DNA of 64,000 bases from an uncultured Gammaproteobacteria bacterium. GTDB lineage: Bacteria > Pseudomonadota > Gammaproteobacteria > JACCXJ01. The translations under genes and the position numbers were made by a program. The DNA is taken from positions 192,001-256,000 of the forward strand of contig CAVXTM010000015.1 of assembly GCA_963764725.1 (NCBI GenBank). The letters run 5' to 3'. Below, in pieces: positions 37,179-48,023 of the stretch; positions within the stretch are counted from its first letter, which is position 1; every line of letters starts with the position of its first letter. A model generated the notes under the pieces. That model was not told the DNA's origin and did not search any database. It saw only the letters and a program-made list of their open reading frames with translations.

Positions 37179-37910
37179 ATGATCGTGTTGGTGACCGATT
37201 ACGGGATGGAAGGGCCGTACCTCGGTCAGGTTCTCGCCGTGCTGTATCAATATGCACCTGAGGTCCAGGTGGTCAACCTCTTCGCCAATGCCCCAATGTA
37301 CAATCCCCGGGCGAGCGCCTATCTGCTCGCGGCCTATCGCCACGGATTCCCGAAAAACAGTGTGTTTTTATGCGTCGTAGATCCCGGTGTCGGCAGCCAC
37401 TCGCACGCACCGGTCGTCGTTCAAGTCGACGAGCAATGGTTTGTCGGTCCCGGCAACGGCATCTTCAATGCGGTGATGAAGCACGGGGGATCTGGCCGTG
37501 CCTGGCAGATCACCTGGCGCCCCAAGGTGATCTCCTCGACGTTTCACGGCCGCGATCTCTACGCGCCCGTTGCCGCCACCCTCGCCCGCGGTCAATTTCC
37601 TCATTGGGAACCTCTGGAGCTAAGCGATTATGCGACGTGGCCCGATGATCTCCATGAGATCATCTACCTCGACCACTTCGGGAACGCGATGACCGGTGTG
37701 CGCGCCTCGGTCGTATCGCCGCAGGCCGCCATCACAATTGCGGGACAAAGCGTGCCGAGGGCCAGAACGTTCAGTGACGTTCCTGTGGGGCATCCGATGT
37801 GGTACGAAAACTCGAACGGGCTCGTCGAGATCGCCGTCAACCAGGGTCGTGCCGATACGGTGCTGGACCTGCGCGTGGGCCAGCCAATAAGCTTCGAGGA
37901 ACCAACGTGA
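37179..37910 (+). CDS. SAM hydrolase / SAM-dependent halogenase family protein (DUF62)
   Basis: LVTDYG, VVDPGVGS, FVGPGNG, SSTFHGRDLYAP, DHFGN, NSNGLVEIAVNQG. Confidence 0.9.
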   Translation: MIVLVTDYGMEGPYLGQVLAVLYQYAPEVQVVNLFANAPMYNPRASAYLLAAYRHGFPKNSVFLCVVDPGVGSHSHAPVVVQVDEQWFVGPGNGIFNAVMKHGGSGRAWQITWRPKVISSTFHGRDLYAPVAATLARGQFPHWEPLELSDYATWPDDLHEIIYLDHFGNAMTGVRASVVSPQAAITIAGQSVPRARTFSDVPVGHPMWYENSNGLVEIAVNQGRADTVLDLRVGQPISFEEPT

Positions 37911-37981
37911 GAACCAGCGACGGCTGGTCGTGTCTCAGTTGTGGATTTCGGCTATCGGGGTAGGAGCGGACATAGCCCTGG

Positions 37982-39166
37982 CTAACAATCGTGCCTATCT
38001 GTCGGCTCGATGAGCCCCATGGTTTCCATGCGCAGCCGGTTAAGACGGTGCTGAGACGCGATCTCCGCTGCTGCTTCCCGCACGGTCGTCTGAATCTTGA
38101 TATCATCTTCATCTGGGTTCGTAATTTTTGCGGCCTGATTGCCCAATAGGTGAATCTTGGAGGTCAGGCGCTCCTGATCGTTATTGGAAAAATACTCTAC
38201 GAATTCCTGCCTTGAGAACTGAGCTAACCGCTTCCTGTCAGCGGTCCCCGGAAAGTCAGCAGCAAGCGCGCTTTCTATAACTTCGCCAATCGATCGCTGA
38301 TCGATGCTCGCAGCGTGCTCTGCTTCCCGCAGCGCCTGGTCCAATTTCCCGTACTTGATGGGCTGCATCAAAGCCGATGATCCGTCGAAATGCTTCAATG
38401 ACTCTCCCCTGAGGCGAAAAAAATCATTCAGCAGCAGTTCTGCAATGGAATCCCTACCCAATAGCACAAGTATATTTAGTGCCCCGTCAAGTTGATGCAC
38501 CGGTATGAACTCCATGTATTCCTTTGTAGCCAATTCCAGTGCAGCACAAAATTCCTTTTCCGTGTTACGCAAGGTCCCGTGAAAGTATTTGCGCCAAACT
38601 CCACTGAATCGATGCTCACGAGCCCCCATACTTATTTTCTGGACGTATTTCTCGTATTCATGAATTAGTTTTTCAGTGTCTAACGTGTCTGTTCGTACGA
38701 AATCGATCAAGTTTCTGTCTAGGTCATCGGTAAACGTATAACCGTATCGAGTTAATAATGCGCTAGCACGGTCAGAATCAGTACGTTGCTGCTGTTCTTG
38801 CGATGCTTCATCAAACACCGCAGAAAAATCTGAGTACCTGGCCAAGAATTCTAGAGTTAGACCTTTCAAGTCTGACTTCGAAAACTTGACCCATACAAAA
38901 AGGAGTATAGAAAAGAGGGCTGCTTTTCGAAATTCCTGATCAGCGTCTAGTGGCAGTACTTGTTCGAGCTCGTGATAGTAATTTCTTACTTTGCCTATGA
39001 GTCTGATATTTCGCAGATGGAGAACATCGCAGCGGCGAGTAAGCTCTGCCAGCAGCTCAGGGTCGCGGTTGATGCTTGAAGTGGCTTCGAAGACAAGGCG
39101 CAGGATCGCGGAGACGTCCGGAGAAAAGGGCAGTTCTCTGTCAACGACCTTTTCGTGGTATTTCTG
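37982..39166 (-). pseudogene. KAP-family P-loop NTPase, 3' part (interrupted by IS)
   Basis: Open frame QKYHEKVVDRELPF... continuous with ORF 37982-38869. Confidence 0.8.
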
Positions 39167-40552
39167 GAGAAATAGTCAAATGTTGTGTACGGAGCTAGGT
39201 TAGGCGGCGATTCTTTCGGGGTCTTCCCATAGGCCGTCTTTGAAAATAACTCCCTCGATGACTTGAGCGAGGCGGGGAATTCCATACAGTTTCCGCCAAT
39301 GTCGCTCGGCACTTTTTACCAACATGAATACCATCGCCAAAATGCTTTCTCGAGACACGCAGCCGCGGGTTTTGTTGGTGCGCAGCCGGACCGTAGCAAA
39401 GGTGGATTCGATCGGATTCGTGGTCCGAAGATGGATCCAGTGCTCTGCCGGAAAATCGTAGAAGGCCAACAGTGACCCCCGATCTTTTTCCAAACACTCC
39501 GCAGCTTTCGGATACTTGGGACGGTAGAGGATCAGAAAGCGATCGAAGGCGCGCTCGGCCTCCTGCCGGGTGGCTGCCATCCAGATCTCCTGCAGCGCCG
39601 CCTTGGCCTTAGGTTGCTGGCTCTTGGGTAGCTTGTTGAGCACGTTGGCAGTCTTGTGTACCCAACAGCGTTGACCACGGGTCATGCCGAAGACTTGCGG
39701 TAATGCCTTCCAGAATCCCAAGGCCCCATCGCCGGTGGCCAGATGCGGATCGAGCTTCAAGCCACGGGCTTTCAGATCCAATAGCACTTCCCGCCAGGAC
39801 GCTTCACTTTCCCGATAGCCATCGGCGAGCGTCACCAATTCTTTCTTACCCTCAGCCGTCGCGCCGATCACCACCAGAATGCACTGGGCCGCATCTTCCA
39901 GCCGTACCCCGAAATGGATACCGTTGACCCATAGATACACATAGCGCCGGTTCGATAGATCGCGCCGTGACCAGCGCGCGTGCTCGTCTTGCCATACCGC
40001 CTTGAGCCGACCGATCGTGCTGGCCGACAAGCCCGGCGCCTCTCGCCCCAACAAAGCCGTCAGCGCCTCCTGAAAATCACCTGTCGAGATCCCCTTCAAG
40101 TATAACCAGGGCAATAGTTCCTCCAGCGTCTTGGTGCGCCGTATATAGGGTGGCAATATCGAGGAGTTATACCGGATCGTCTTTTCCCGGTCCCGAACCC
40201 GCGGTATTTTCACCTCCACCGCTCCCACACCGGTTTGTATCGTCCGTCCCGGCAGATGACCGTTACGTACCACACGCTGGCGTCCTTCCGCCGTTTCCTG
40301 TCCCATGAAACCTTCCAGAAAAACCGCAACTTCCGCTTCAATCGCAGCCGCTAGCATCCGTTGGGCACCCGCCCGCAGAATCTCTGTGAGCGCATCCGCG
40401 ACCGGAGCCGGCGTCCCTGGATTCTTCAACGCAATTACTTTATCTTCACTCATGGCGTATTCACTCCTTTCAGTAGGAATTGATGACCTTGAAGACCATC
40501 AAGAATACGCCGCCTCCTTTACTCCTTCATCCACAACTTTCAATCATAACTC
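39167..40552 (-). mobile_element. IS256-family insertion sequence, 1386 bp
   Basis: Imperfect TIRs GAGAAATAGTCAAATGTTGTG / GAGTTATGATTGAAAGTTGTG; 9-bp TSD GTATTTCTG at 39158-39166 and 40553-40561. Confidence 0.93.
39200..40453 (-). CDS. IS256 (Mutator) family transposase; first catalytic Asp appears as Asn
   Basis: RNGH..R.I.TGVG, LYLKGISTGD, LWVNG, TGDG, QRCWVH, LRTTNPIES. Confidence 0.93.
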   Translation of the reverse strand: MSEDKVIALKNPGTPAPVADALTEILRAGAQRMLAAAIEAEVAVFLEGFMGQETAEGRQRVVRNGHLPGRTIQTGVGAVEVKIPRVRDREKTIRYNSSILPPYIRRTKTLEELLPWLYLKGISTGDFQEALTALLGREAPGLSASTIGRLKAVWQDEHARWSRRDLSNRRYVYLWVNGIHFGVRLEDAAQCILVVIGATAEGKKELVTLADGYRESEASWREVLLDLKARGLKLDPHLATGDGALGFWKALPQVFGMTRGQRCWVHKTANVLNKLPKSQQPKAKAALQEIWMAATRQEAERAFDRFLILYRPKYPKAAECLEKDRGSLLAFYDFPAEHWIHLRTTNPIESTFATVRLRTNKTRGCVSRESILAMVFMLVKSAERHWRKLYGIPRLAQVIEGVIFKDGLWEDPERIAA

Positions 40553-41086
40553 GTATTTCTGAAATGCATCATTCTTTATCGCGGCTTCATCGTTGTAGAT
40601 AAGTACGACCTTTAGCTGACGCTCGTCCCTCAATTCGTTGATATACCCGAGTAATGCATCGACCCCGATGCTGTCCGACAACCGTTCGATATCGTCGAGG
40701 CAAAGTATCCAGCCCGGTTTCAGCGTTGTGCTTTCGAGTAGTTTTGTTATCAGAGTATCGGGAATGCGAAGTCCCTTTACCAGGGCAGTAGCGGTTTGCC
40801 TCCCTATCTCGACCAGTCGGATGAGAATGCTCTCGGTGGCGGGGCGAAGTCTAGGTAGCAGAGCAGCGAGAACAACTTTCTCGCGAATGGTCTGCAATGT
40901 ATCAGCACCGAAAACGGAGACGTAGCCAATGCGTTCTGGCGCGTATGAGGCTGCAACGTTGTTTTTCCAGAAGTATGTCTTGCCTTCGCCCCACCCTCCC
41001 TTCAGTGCCACGACGATAGGCCGCTCAGAGTCGAAAACGACTCGAGCAAGTGTCTCCTTTAGTTTCTCTAAAGTCGGCGCTGGCAA
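40553..41086 (-). pseudogene. KAP-family P-loop NTPase, 5' part
   Basis: Walker A ALKGGWGEGKT, Walker B LCLDDIER; runs into the IS end. Confidence 0.82.
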
Positions 41087-41119
41087 CGGGACTTCCCCAA
41101 ATCTCTCTAAGGGGTTTGT

Positions 41120-42571
41120 TCAGCGTAGGTCAGGCACATTTTCTAGCTTCTTTTTGAGGATCGCATTGATCTGCTGCGGATTCGCTTTGCCCTTGGATTT
41201 CTTCATGACCTGGCCGACGAAGTAGGCGAGCAATTGCTCCTTGCCTTGGCGGTATTGACTGACTTGCGACGGATTCTGTTGCAGTACTTCGTCGATCATC
41301 TTCGCAATCGCGGCCGTATCGGTGACCTGCTCTAATCCCCGGTTGCGAATGATTTCGTCGGCGTCACCCTCGCCGTTCCACAGGGCTTCGAACACCTCTT
41401 TGGCGATCTTCCCGGAGATCGTGTTGTCGGCAATCCGCCGGACCAAGCCCCCGAGCAGCGCCGGGCTGATCGGGCTTTGGGTGATGTCTTTTCCCTCGCG
41501 GTTGAGCGCGGCCATCAATTCGCCCATGACCCAGTTGGCGGACAGCTTGGCCTGACCTCCGGAGACCGCAACGGTGGCCTCGAAATAGTCCGCGGTCTCC
41601 CGGTTCGCCGTCAGCAGCGCCGCGTCATAAGGCGACAACCCGAACTCCGCCATGAACCGGTGTTTCTTGGCATCGGGGAGCTCGGGCAGCGTGGCCTCGA
41701 CGTCGGCGATAAACTCTGCGCTGAGATCCAAGGGTAAGAGATCGGGATCCGGAAAATACCGATAATCGTTGGCCTCTTCTTTTAAGCGCATCGAGCGGGT
41801 CTCGCCGCGTTCGACATCGTAGAGCCTGGTCTCCTGGACGACCCGCCCGCCGGATCCAAGCAAGTCGATCTGCCGTTGGATCTCGTAATTGATGGCCCGC
41901 TCGACAAAGCGAAACGAGTTGAGGTTTTTGATTTCGGCCCGGGTCCCGAACGTGGTTTGTCCTTGCGGGCGGACCGAGACGTTAGCGTCACAGCGAAACG
42001 AGCCTTCCTGCATGTTTCCATCGCAGATTTCGAGATACCGGACCAAGCTGTGGATCGTTTTCATGTAGGCGACGGCTTGCTTGGCCGAACGCAGATCCGG
42101 TTCCGAGACGATTTCAAGCAGCGGCGTTCCCGCGCGGTTCAAGTCGATGCCCGACATGCCGTGAAAGGCATCATGGAGCGATTTGCCGGCATCCTCTTCG
42201 AGGTGCGCCCGCGTGATGCCAATGCGCATGACGGCGCCATTTTCGCTCTCGATCTCGATCGATCCCTGTCCAACGATGGGGATCTCATACTGGCTGATCT
42301 GATAGCCTTTGGGGAGGTCGGGGTAAAAATAGTTCTTGCGTGCGAATATTGATCGCCGGCTGATGTTCGCATGGATCGCGAGTCCGAACTTCACCGCCAT
42401 CCTGACGGCTTCTTTATTGAGTACCGGCAGCACCCCGGGCAGCCCCAGATCGACGCCGCAGGCCTGTGTATTCGGAAGGGCGCCGTACGCGGTGGCGGCC
42501 CCGGAAAAGATCTTGCTCCTGGTCGCGAGCTGCGCGTGAATTTCGAGTCCGATAACTGGTTCCCAATCCAT
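41120..42571 (-). CDS. gatB: Asp/Glu-tRNA amidotransferase subunit B
   Basis: [36 protein letters not shown]. Confidence 0.99.
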   Translation of the reverse strand: MDWEPVIGLEIHAQLATRSKIFSGAATAYGALPNTQACGVDLGLPGVLPVLNKEAVRMAVKFGLAIHANISRRSIFARKNYFYPDLPKGYQISQYEIPIVGQGSIEIESENGAVMRIGITRAHLEEDAGKSLHDAFHGMSGIDLNRAGTPLLEIVSEPDLRSAKQAVAYMKTIHSLVRYLEICDGNMQEGSFRCDANVSVRPQGQTTFGTRAEIKNLNSFRFVERAINYEIQRQIDLLGSGGRVVQETRLYDVERGETRSMRLKEEANDYRYFPDPDLLPLDLSAEFIADVEATLPELPDAKKHRFMAEFGLSPYDAALLTANRETADYFEATVAVSGGQAKLSANWVMGELMAALNREGKDITQSPISPALLGGLVRRIADNTISGKIAKEVFEALWNGEGDADEIIRNRGLEQVTDTAAIAKMIDEVLQQNPSQVSQYRQGKEQLLAYFVGQVMKKSKGKANPQQINAILKKKLENVPDLR

Positions 42572-42573
42572 AA

Positions 42574-42697
42574 GGTTCTCACTACTACCCTGCCGTTTGC
42601 GGCGGGCACTTTAGCCTTGGGGTTTCCAGAGGGGAGTAGTGCAACTCTCCCCTTTGGTCGCCTGCGGGGTACATGCCCCGCAGGCGAAATATATTGT
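42574..42697 (-). repeat. Three-hairpin dispersed repeat, copy 2 (fills the gatA-gatB spacer)
   Basis: Homologous to 5535-5656. Confidence 0.85.
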
Positions 42698-42701
42698 CAC
42701 T

Positions 42702-44156
42702 TTAACCGCACCCTTCGGGCGCACGCAGGTGCCAGTCCGTCGCTTGCTGGTAGCGGTGGGCCGCGTTCAATAACCGGGCCTCGCCGAAGTGATCGCCGAT
42801 GAGCTGTAGTCCCACGGGAAGACGCCCGACAAAGCCCGCCGGCAGCGACAGGGCCGGTAATCCCGCCAGATTGATCGAAATCGTATAGATGTCGGAGAGA
42901 TACATCGTGACCGGATCGTCGGTCTTTTCACCGAGCTTGAAGGCGACGGTCGGTGAGGTCGGGCCGAGGATCACATCGGCCTCCGCGAAGGCCCGCTGAA
43001 AGTCATCGCGGATGAGCCGCCGGATCCGCTGCGCCTTGAGGTAGTAAGCATCGTAGTAACCGGCCGAGAGAGCATAGGTTCCGATCATGATGCGCCGCTT
43101 GACCTCGGCGCCAAACCCCTCCCCGCGGGAGCGGGAAAAGAGATCGTTGATATCTAGCGCATCATCGCAACGGTAGCCGTAACGCACGCCATCGAAACGG
43201 GCGAGATTGGAAGAGCATTCGGCCGGCGCAACCACATAGTACGCCGGAATGGACAGATGGGTATTGGGCAGCGAAATCTCGGAAACGACCGCCCCCAGGC
43301 GTTCAAATTGTCTAGCCGCGGATTCGATCACGGCGCCAATTTGGGAGTCTAGCCCTTCTCCGAAGAATTCGCGCGGGAGCCCGATCCGGAGTCCCTCGAT
43401 CGAGTCGTCGAGGTGTGCCGAGTAGTCTTCGGCCGCGCGCTCGGCGGAGGTCGAATCCCGCGCATCGAAGCCCGCCATGGCGGTGAGCAATAGCGCCGCA
43501 TCCTCTGCGGAACGGGCGATCGGTCCGCCTTGATCGAGGCTCGATGCATAGGCGACCATCCCATAGCGGGACACGGTCCCATAGGTCGGCTTAATGCCGG
43601 TAAGACCGCAGAGGGCCGCGGGTTGGCGAATAGACCCGCCGGTGTCGGTGCCGGTGGCGGCGGGCGCCAATCGAGCCGCCACGGCGCATGCCGAGCCGCC
43701 GGACGAGCCCCCCGGCACGCGCTCGATGTCCCAAGGGTTGCGCACGGGTCCGTAAAAGCTGGTCTCGTTGGACGATCCCATGGCGAATTCATCCATATTG
43801 GTCTTGCCGAGCATCACCATACCGGCCCGCCGGAGCTTTTCGACCACCGTCGCATCGTAGGGAGCGATAAAGTTGTCCAGCATTCGCGAGCCGCAGGATG
43901 TCTTGACGCCGCGCGTGCAAAAAATGTCTTTGTGCGCGATCGGGATGCCTGTGAGCGGTCCATTGTTACCCGCCTGGCGCCGCTGATCGGCCTCTCTGGC
44001 TTGCGTGCGTGCGAGGTCCGCGGTGACCGTGATGAAGCTATTGTATTTCCCGTCCATGCGTGCGATGCGATCGAGATAGATCTCGGTCAGCTCAACACTC
44101 GAGATCTCGCGCCGATCGAGCGCCCGCGACAATTGTATTAGGGAAATTTTATACAT
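42702..44156 (-). CDS. gatA: Asp/Glu-tRNA amidotransferase subunit A
   Basis: Amidase signature [18 protein letters not shown]. Confidence 0.99.
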   Translation of the reverse strand: MYKISLIQLSRALDRREISSVELTEIYLDRIARMDGKYNSFITVTADLARTQAREADQRRQAGNNGPLTGIPIAHKDIFCTRGVKTSCGSRMLDNFIAPYDATVVEKLRRAGMVMLGKTNMDEFAMGSSNETSFYGPVRNPWDIERVPGGSSGGSACAVAARLAPAATGTDTGGSIRQPAALCGLTGIKPTYGTVSRYGMVAYASSLDQGGPIARSAEDAALLLTAMAGFDARDSTSAERAAEDYSAHLDDSIEGLRIGLPREFFGEGLDSQIGAVIESAARQFERLGAVVSEISLPNTHLSIPAYYVVAPAECSSNLARFDGVRYGYRCDDALDINDLFSRSRGEGFGAEVKRRIMIGTYALSAGYYDAYYLKAQRIRRLIRDDFQRAFAEADVILGPTSPTVAFKLGEKTDDPVTMYLSDIYTISINLAGLPALSLPAGFVGRLPVGLQLIGDHFGEARLLNAAHRYQQATDWHLRAPEGCG

Positions 44157-44163
44157 CCGGCGG

Positions 44164-44454
44164 CTAGGTATCTATCACCTTCGGGACACAATAAAGCCCG
44201 GCCTCCATATGTGCGGCAATTGCTTGAAACGCCTCTCTCTGATCCCCTTCCGTGACCACGTCGTCGCGGAGTCTCAGGCTCAGCTCCAGAGGATGGGCGA
44301 GCGGTGCGACGCTGACTGTATCCACGGTGTTCATTTGTTCGACCAAGGCCAGGATGCTTGAAAGCTGCCGCGCATACTCGGGAATGTCGTTGTCACTCAA
44401 CTTTAGCTGCGCCAACCATGCGATTCTCTCCACGTCGGTTTTCTCTAGGGCCAT
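44164..44454 (-). CDS. gatC: Asp/Glu-tRNA amidotransferase subunit C, copy A
   Basis: [32 protein letters not shown]. Confidence 0.95.
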   Translation of the reverse strand: MALEKTDVERIAWLAQLKLSDNDIPEYARQLSSILALVEQMNTVDTVSVAPLAHPLELSLRLRDDVVTEGDQREAFQAIAAHMEAGLYCVPKVIDT

Positions 44455-44484
44455 TTCAGCTCGCCATGCGGGTCCGGGATCCCA

Positions 44485-44513
44485 AATTTACCACAGCCAC
44501 AAGCTTGCTCGAA
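44485..44513 (-). promoter_or_regulatory. Putative gatCAB promoter (duplicated at 45451-45479)
   Basis: Minus strand TTCGAG-17 bp-TAAATT with extended -10 TGn. Confidence 0.45.
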
Positions 44514-44710
44514 GCCTTGGCGACTGGTACAGCGGTAATTACACTGCACGCCTCTGCACAGGCTCGCTCATGACCGCTGCGGCGATCTTACCTGATGGGG
44601 CCCCGCGGCTCTTGCGCGTCGACTCACCAGAGGGATGGTTTATACTGCCTATACTCTACTCTCTATGGTTGTGCTAGAGTGCCGGCGCCACTGAAGGAAG
44701 GAGACTCGTC

Positions 44711-45076
44711 GTGATTACATACGCCTACTGGATACTGATCATAGGGCTTGCGGCCCTGGCCTTGTTCGTCATCGGCTCGAAACTGAATAAGTGGACGGCG
44801 GCACTGGTGATAGCGTCCATCATTCTCGTCGTCGGCTGGGCGGCGTATTTTTTCCACTATCAGCAGGTATTCGTGAAGCACTGGGGTGGCGTCATGTCCA
44901 TTGACGTCCCCGCCGGCCAGCACCACATTGGGGCGACGTGGAAGGATGATAACCTCTGGGTCGAGAACTACGACCCCGCGACCAATACCTGTGAGTTTCG
45001 CGAGTACGCCAGAGGAAATCTGCTGCAAGGCCACGTTTTGATAAAGAATTGCAACCCCGTGTTTCCAAGACAGTAG
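44711..45076 (+). CDS. Hypothetical small membrane protein (2 TM plus Cys-containing soluble domain)
   Basis: AAGGAAGGAG RBS before GTG; TATACT at 44641-44646; two hydrophobic segments then WGG...TWKDDNLW. Confidence 0.8.
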   Translation: MITYAYWILIIGLAALALFVIGSKLNKWTAALVIASIILVVGWAAYFFHYQQVFVKHWGGVMSIDVPAGQHHIGATWKDDNLWVENYDPATNTCEFREYARGNLLQGHVLIKNCNPVFPRQ

Positions 45077-45112
45077 CGCACGCCACAGACGTTACGACAA
45101 ACGGTCGCCGTG

Positions 45113-45498
45113 TTTTATACATCCGGCGGCTAGGTATCTATCACCTTCGGGACACAATAAAGCCCGGCCTCCACATGTGCGGCAATTGCTTGAAACGCTT
45201 CTCTCTGATCCCCTTCCGTGACCACGTCGTCGCGGAGTCTCAGGCTCAGCTCCAGAGGATGGGCGAGCGGTGCGACGCTGACTGTATCCACGGTGTTCAT
45301 TTGTTCGACCAAGGCCAGGATGCTTGAAAGCTGCCGCGCATACTCGGGAATGTCGTTGTCACTCAACTTTAGCTGCGCCAACCATGCGATTCTCTCCACG
45401 TCGGTTTTCTCTAGGGCCATTTCAGCTCGCCATGCGGGTCCGGGATCCCAAATTTACCACAGCCACAAGCTTGCTCGAAGCCTTGGCGACTGGTACAG
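45113..45498. repeat. 386-bp direct repeat, copy B
   Basis: Offset of 966 bp from copy A. Confidence 0.97.
45130..45420 (-). CDS. gatC: Asp/Glu-tRNA amidotransferase subunit C, copy B
   Basis: Same protein as copy A except HVE vs HME. Confidence 0.95.
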   Translation of the reverse strand: MALEKTDVERIAWLAQLKLSDNDIPEYARQLSSILALVEQMNTVDTVSVAPLAHPLELSLRLRDDVVTEGDQREAFQAIAAHVEAGLYCVPKVIDT

Positions 45499-45591
45499 TG
45501 ACACATGCGTTGACCTGGGGAAACGTTTAGTTCGTAGTTCTTAATCGCACCGGGGGGCTTTCACCGCCCGCATTCGCGAGTGGCGTTTGGT

Positions 45592-46638
45592 ATGTTTAGC
45601 CGATTGCGCGGATTTTTTTCGAACGACTTATCCATCGATCTGGGGACGGCGAATACGCTCATCTATATGCGCGGAAAGGGCGTCGTTCTGAACGAGCCCT
45701 CGGTCGTGGCCATTCGCCAGAGCTCGAATCATTCCAACCAAAAGAGGATCGCAGCCGTCGGCACTGAGGCCAAGCGTATGTTAGGACGCACGCCGGGCAA
45801 TATCACGGCGACGCGTCCGCTCAAGGATGGGGTCATCGCGGATTTTACCGTCACCGAAAAAATGCTGCAGCACTTCATGCATAAGGTCCATGGGAATCGC
45901 TTCTTGAAGCCGAGCCCGCGGGTCGTGGTGTGCGTACCCTGCGGCTCGACACAGGTGGAGCGGCGGGCCATCCGCGAATCAGCGGCCGGGGCGGGCGCGC
46001 GCGATGTCTACCTGCTGGAAGAGCCTTTGGCCGCGGCCATCGGCGCCGGGTTGCCAGTCAGCGATGCCAGCGGCTCCATGGTCTTGGATATCGGCGGGGG
46101 CACCTCGGAGGTCGCGATTATATCGCTTAACGGCATTGTATTTGCAGATTCCGTGCGTATCGGCGGCGATCGATTGGACGACGCGATCATCAATTATGTG
46201 CGCCGTAACTACGGGACCCTGATCGGGGATGCGACCGCCGAGCGTATCAAGCACACGATAGGTTGCGCCTATCCCGGCGATGAGGTGAGGGAAATGGAGG
46301 TACGGGGTAGGAATCTTGCCGAAGGGCTGCCCCGCAGCTTCACCCTGAACAGCAACGAGATCTTGGAGGCCTTGCAGGAGCCCTTGTCGGGAATCGTAAG
46401 CGCCGTGAAGACATCCCTGGAAAAGACACCGCCGGAGCTCGCCTCGGACGTCTCGGAGCGCGGCATGGTGTTAACCGGTGGAGGCGCCTTGCTCCGGGAC
46501 ATCGATCGGCTGCTGAAAGAGGAAACCGGGATCCCGGTGGTGATGGCCGAGGACCCGCTCACCTGCGTCGCGCGCGGTGGTGGGCGCGTACTGGAACTGA
46601 TCGACGAGCTCGGTCCCGAGGTTTTATCCTTAGAGTAA
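45592..46638 (+). CDS. mreB: Rod shape-determining protein MreB
   Basis: [24 protein letters not shown]. Confidence 0.99.
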   Translation: MFSRLRGFFSNDLSIDLGTANTLIYMRGKGVVLNEPSVVAIRQSSNHSNQKRIAAVGTEAKRMLGRTPGNITATRPLKDGVIADFTVTEKMLQHFMHKVHGNRFLKPSPRVVVCVPCGSTQVERRAIRESAAGAGARDVYLLEEPLAAAIGAGLPVSDASGSMVLDIGGGTSEVAIISLNGIVFADSVRIGGDRLDDAIINYVRRNYGTLIGDATAERIKHTIGCAYPGDEVREMEVRGRNLAEGLPRSFTLNSNEILEALQEPLSGIVSAVKTSLEKTPPELASDVSERGMVLTGGGALLRDIDRLLKEETGIPVVMAEDPLTCVARGGGRVLELIDELGPEVLSLE

Positions 46639-46662
46639 GCGTCAACACGGCACGGAGGTATT

Positions 46663-47538
46663 GTGGCGGAAAAGACCCTATTTCGGCGCGGGCCGCTGCT
46701 CCGGTTACGTCTCGGCCTGCTGTTGTTGACATCGCTCGGCTTGATGATCGTCGATCATCGGCGCGAGCAGCTGGAGGACGTACGCGGGGTCCTCTCGCTC
46801 GTGGTGTATCCGCTTCAGTACGTCGTAAACCTTCCGCAGGAAATCGTTCGCGGGGTGCGTAAAGCGCTCGTAACCAAATCCAGCTTAATCGCCGAGAATC
46901 GACTTCTGCGCAGGCAAAACCTGATACTTAAGACACGTTCCCAGCGGTTTGCGGCGTTGGAAGCGGAAAACATGCGCTTGCGGGAGTTGCTGGAATCGTC
47001 GCTGGAGGTGAACGAGCGGGTGTTGGTAGCCGATGTAATCGCCTTGGAGCTGGTCCCGCCCAGCCGAACCGTGGTGCTGGACAAGGGCAGCCAGCAGGGC
47101 GTCTATCAAGGTCAACCGATCATCGATGGCGACGGCATCATGGGACAGATCATCCATGTGAACCCGATTTCATCCACGGCCTTGCTCGTCACCGATATCA
47201 GTCATGCCTTGCCGGTGCAAATCAATCGCAGCGGCGTACGCGCCATCGCCAGCGGCAGCGGTTCGGCCGATGGTCTGGAGCTCGCGCACGTACCGTTGAA
47301 CGCCGATGTGAAACGCGGCGATCTAATCGTCTCTTCGGGCCTTGATGGGCGTTTCCCGGCCGGGTACCCGGTGGGCGTGGTGACTGAAATCAGCGTCGAT
47401 CCGGGTGAACCTTTCGCGAAAGTCATGGCGGTCGCAAGCGCGAAGGTCGAACAAGCGCGGGAGGTCCTTTTGCTTTGGCCCGACAGGCGGCGGAGCCCCG
47501 ATCATCCTTCGTCCAGGGAGAGTATCGCGTTTCAATGA
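46663..47538 (+). CDS. mreC: Rod shape-determining protein MreC
   Basis: N-terminal TM, coiled coil ENMRLRELL, SSGLDGRFPAGYPVG. Confidence 0.96.
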   Translation: MAEKTLFRRGPLLRLRLGLLLLTSLGLMIVDHRREQLEDVRGVLSLVVYPLQYVVNLPQEIVRGVRKALVTKSSLIAENRLLRRQNLILKTRSQRFAALEAENMRLRELLESSLEVNERVLVADVIALELVPPSRTVVLDKGSQQGVYQGQPIIDGDGIMGQIIHVNPISSTALLVTDISHALPVQINRSGVRAIASGSGSADGLELAHVPLNADVKRGDLIVSSGLDGRFPAGYPVGVVTEISVDPGEPFAKVMAVASAKVEQAREVLLLWPDRRRSPDHPSSRESIAFQ

Positions 47539-48023
47539 TGGCGGAACAAGGCGGATCGGCTTGGGCAATTCCGGTGACCTTGCTGGCGGCGATCGTACTC
47601 ACGCTTATGCCCCTGCCTGACTGGGCGGTAGCATGGCGGCCCGCGTGGACGGCCATGGTGTTGATCTATTGGTGCATGGCCGTACCGGACCGCGTCGGTA
47701 TCGGCGTCGCTTGGGGCATCGGGCTAGTACTTGACGCCTTGGAGGGGAGTCTGCTTGGGCAACACGCCGCCGGGTTCGCGATCATCGCCTACCTCACCGT
47801 GACGAATCACCGGCGCTTGCGTACCTTTTCATGGTTTCAACAGTCCTTATGCGTGGGTCTGCTAGTCGCAACCAATGCGCTATTGAAGACCTGGGTCCAA
47901 GGAATCATGGGCTTAATCCCGGACTACGCGATCCACTGGTTGCCTGTCATCTCGACCATGGTGTTCTGGCCATGGCTCTATCTGGTGTTGCGGGATATGC
48001 GCCGCAAACACGGCATCGTTTAA
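47535..48023 (+). CDS. mreD: Rod shape-determining protein MreD
   Basis: RPAW...LIYW...PDRVGIG, GSLLGQHA. Confidence 0.95.
   Translation: MMAEQGGSAWAIPVTLLAAIVLTLMPLPDWAVAWRPAWTAMVLIYWCMAVPDRVGIGVAWGIGLVLDALEGSLLGQHAAGFAIIAYLTVTNHRRLRTFSWFQQSLCVGLLVATNALLKTWVQGIMGLIPDYAIHWLPVISTMVFWPWLYLVLRDMRRKHGIV

Larger units (their letters stand above)
44147..44532. repeat. 386-bp direct repeat, copy A
   Basis: Matches 45113-45498 except two substitutions (44208 T vs 45174 C; 44233 C vs 45199 T). Confidence 0.97.

Noticed and set aside
37179-37910. True fluorinase or chlorinase
   Set aside because: The STFHGRD motif fits the widespread DUF62 SAM hydrolases, and there is no biosynthetic cluster context
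44892-45122. 76-aa ORF starting MYK as a second gatA
   Set aside because: Only the duplicated first 10 nt of gatA running antisense into the cargo; a junction by-product
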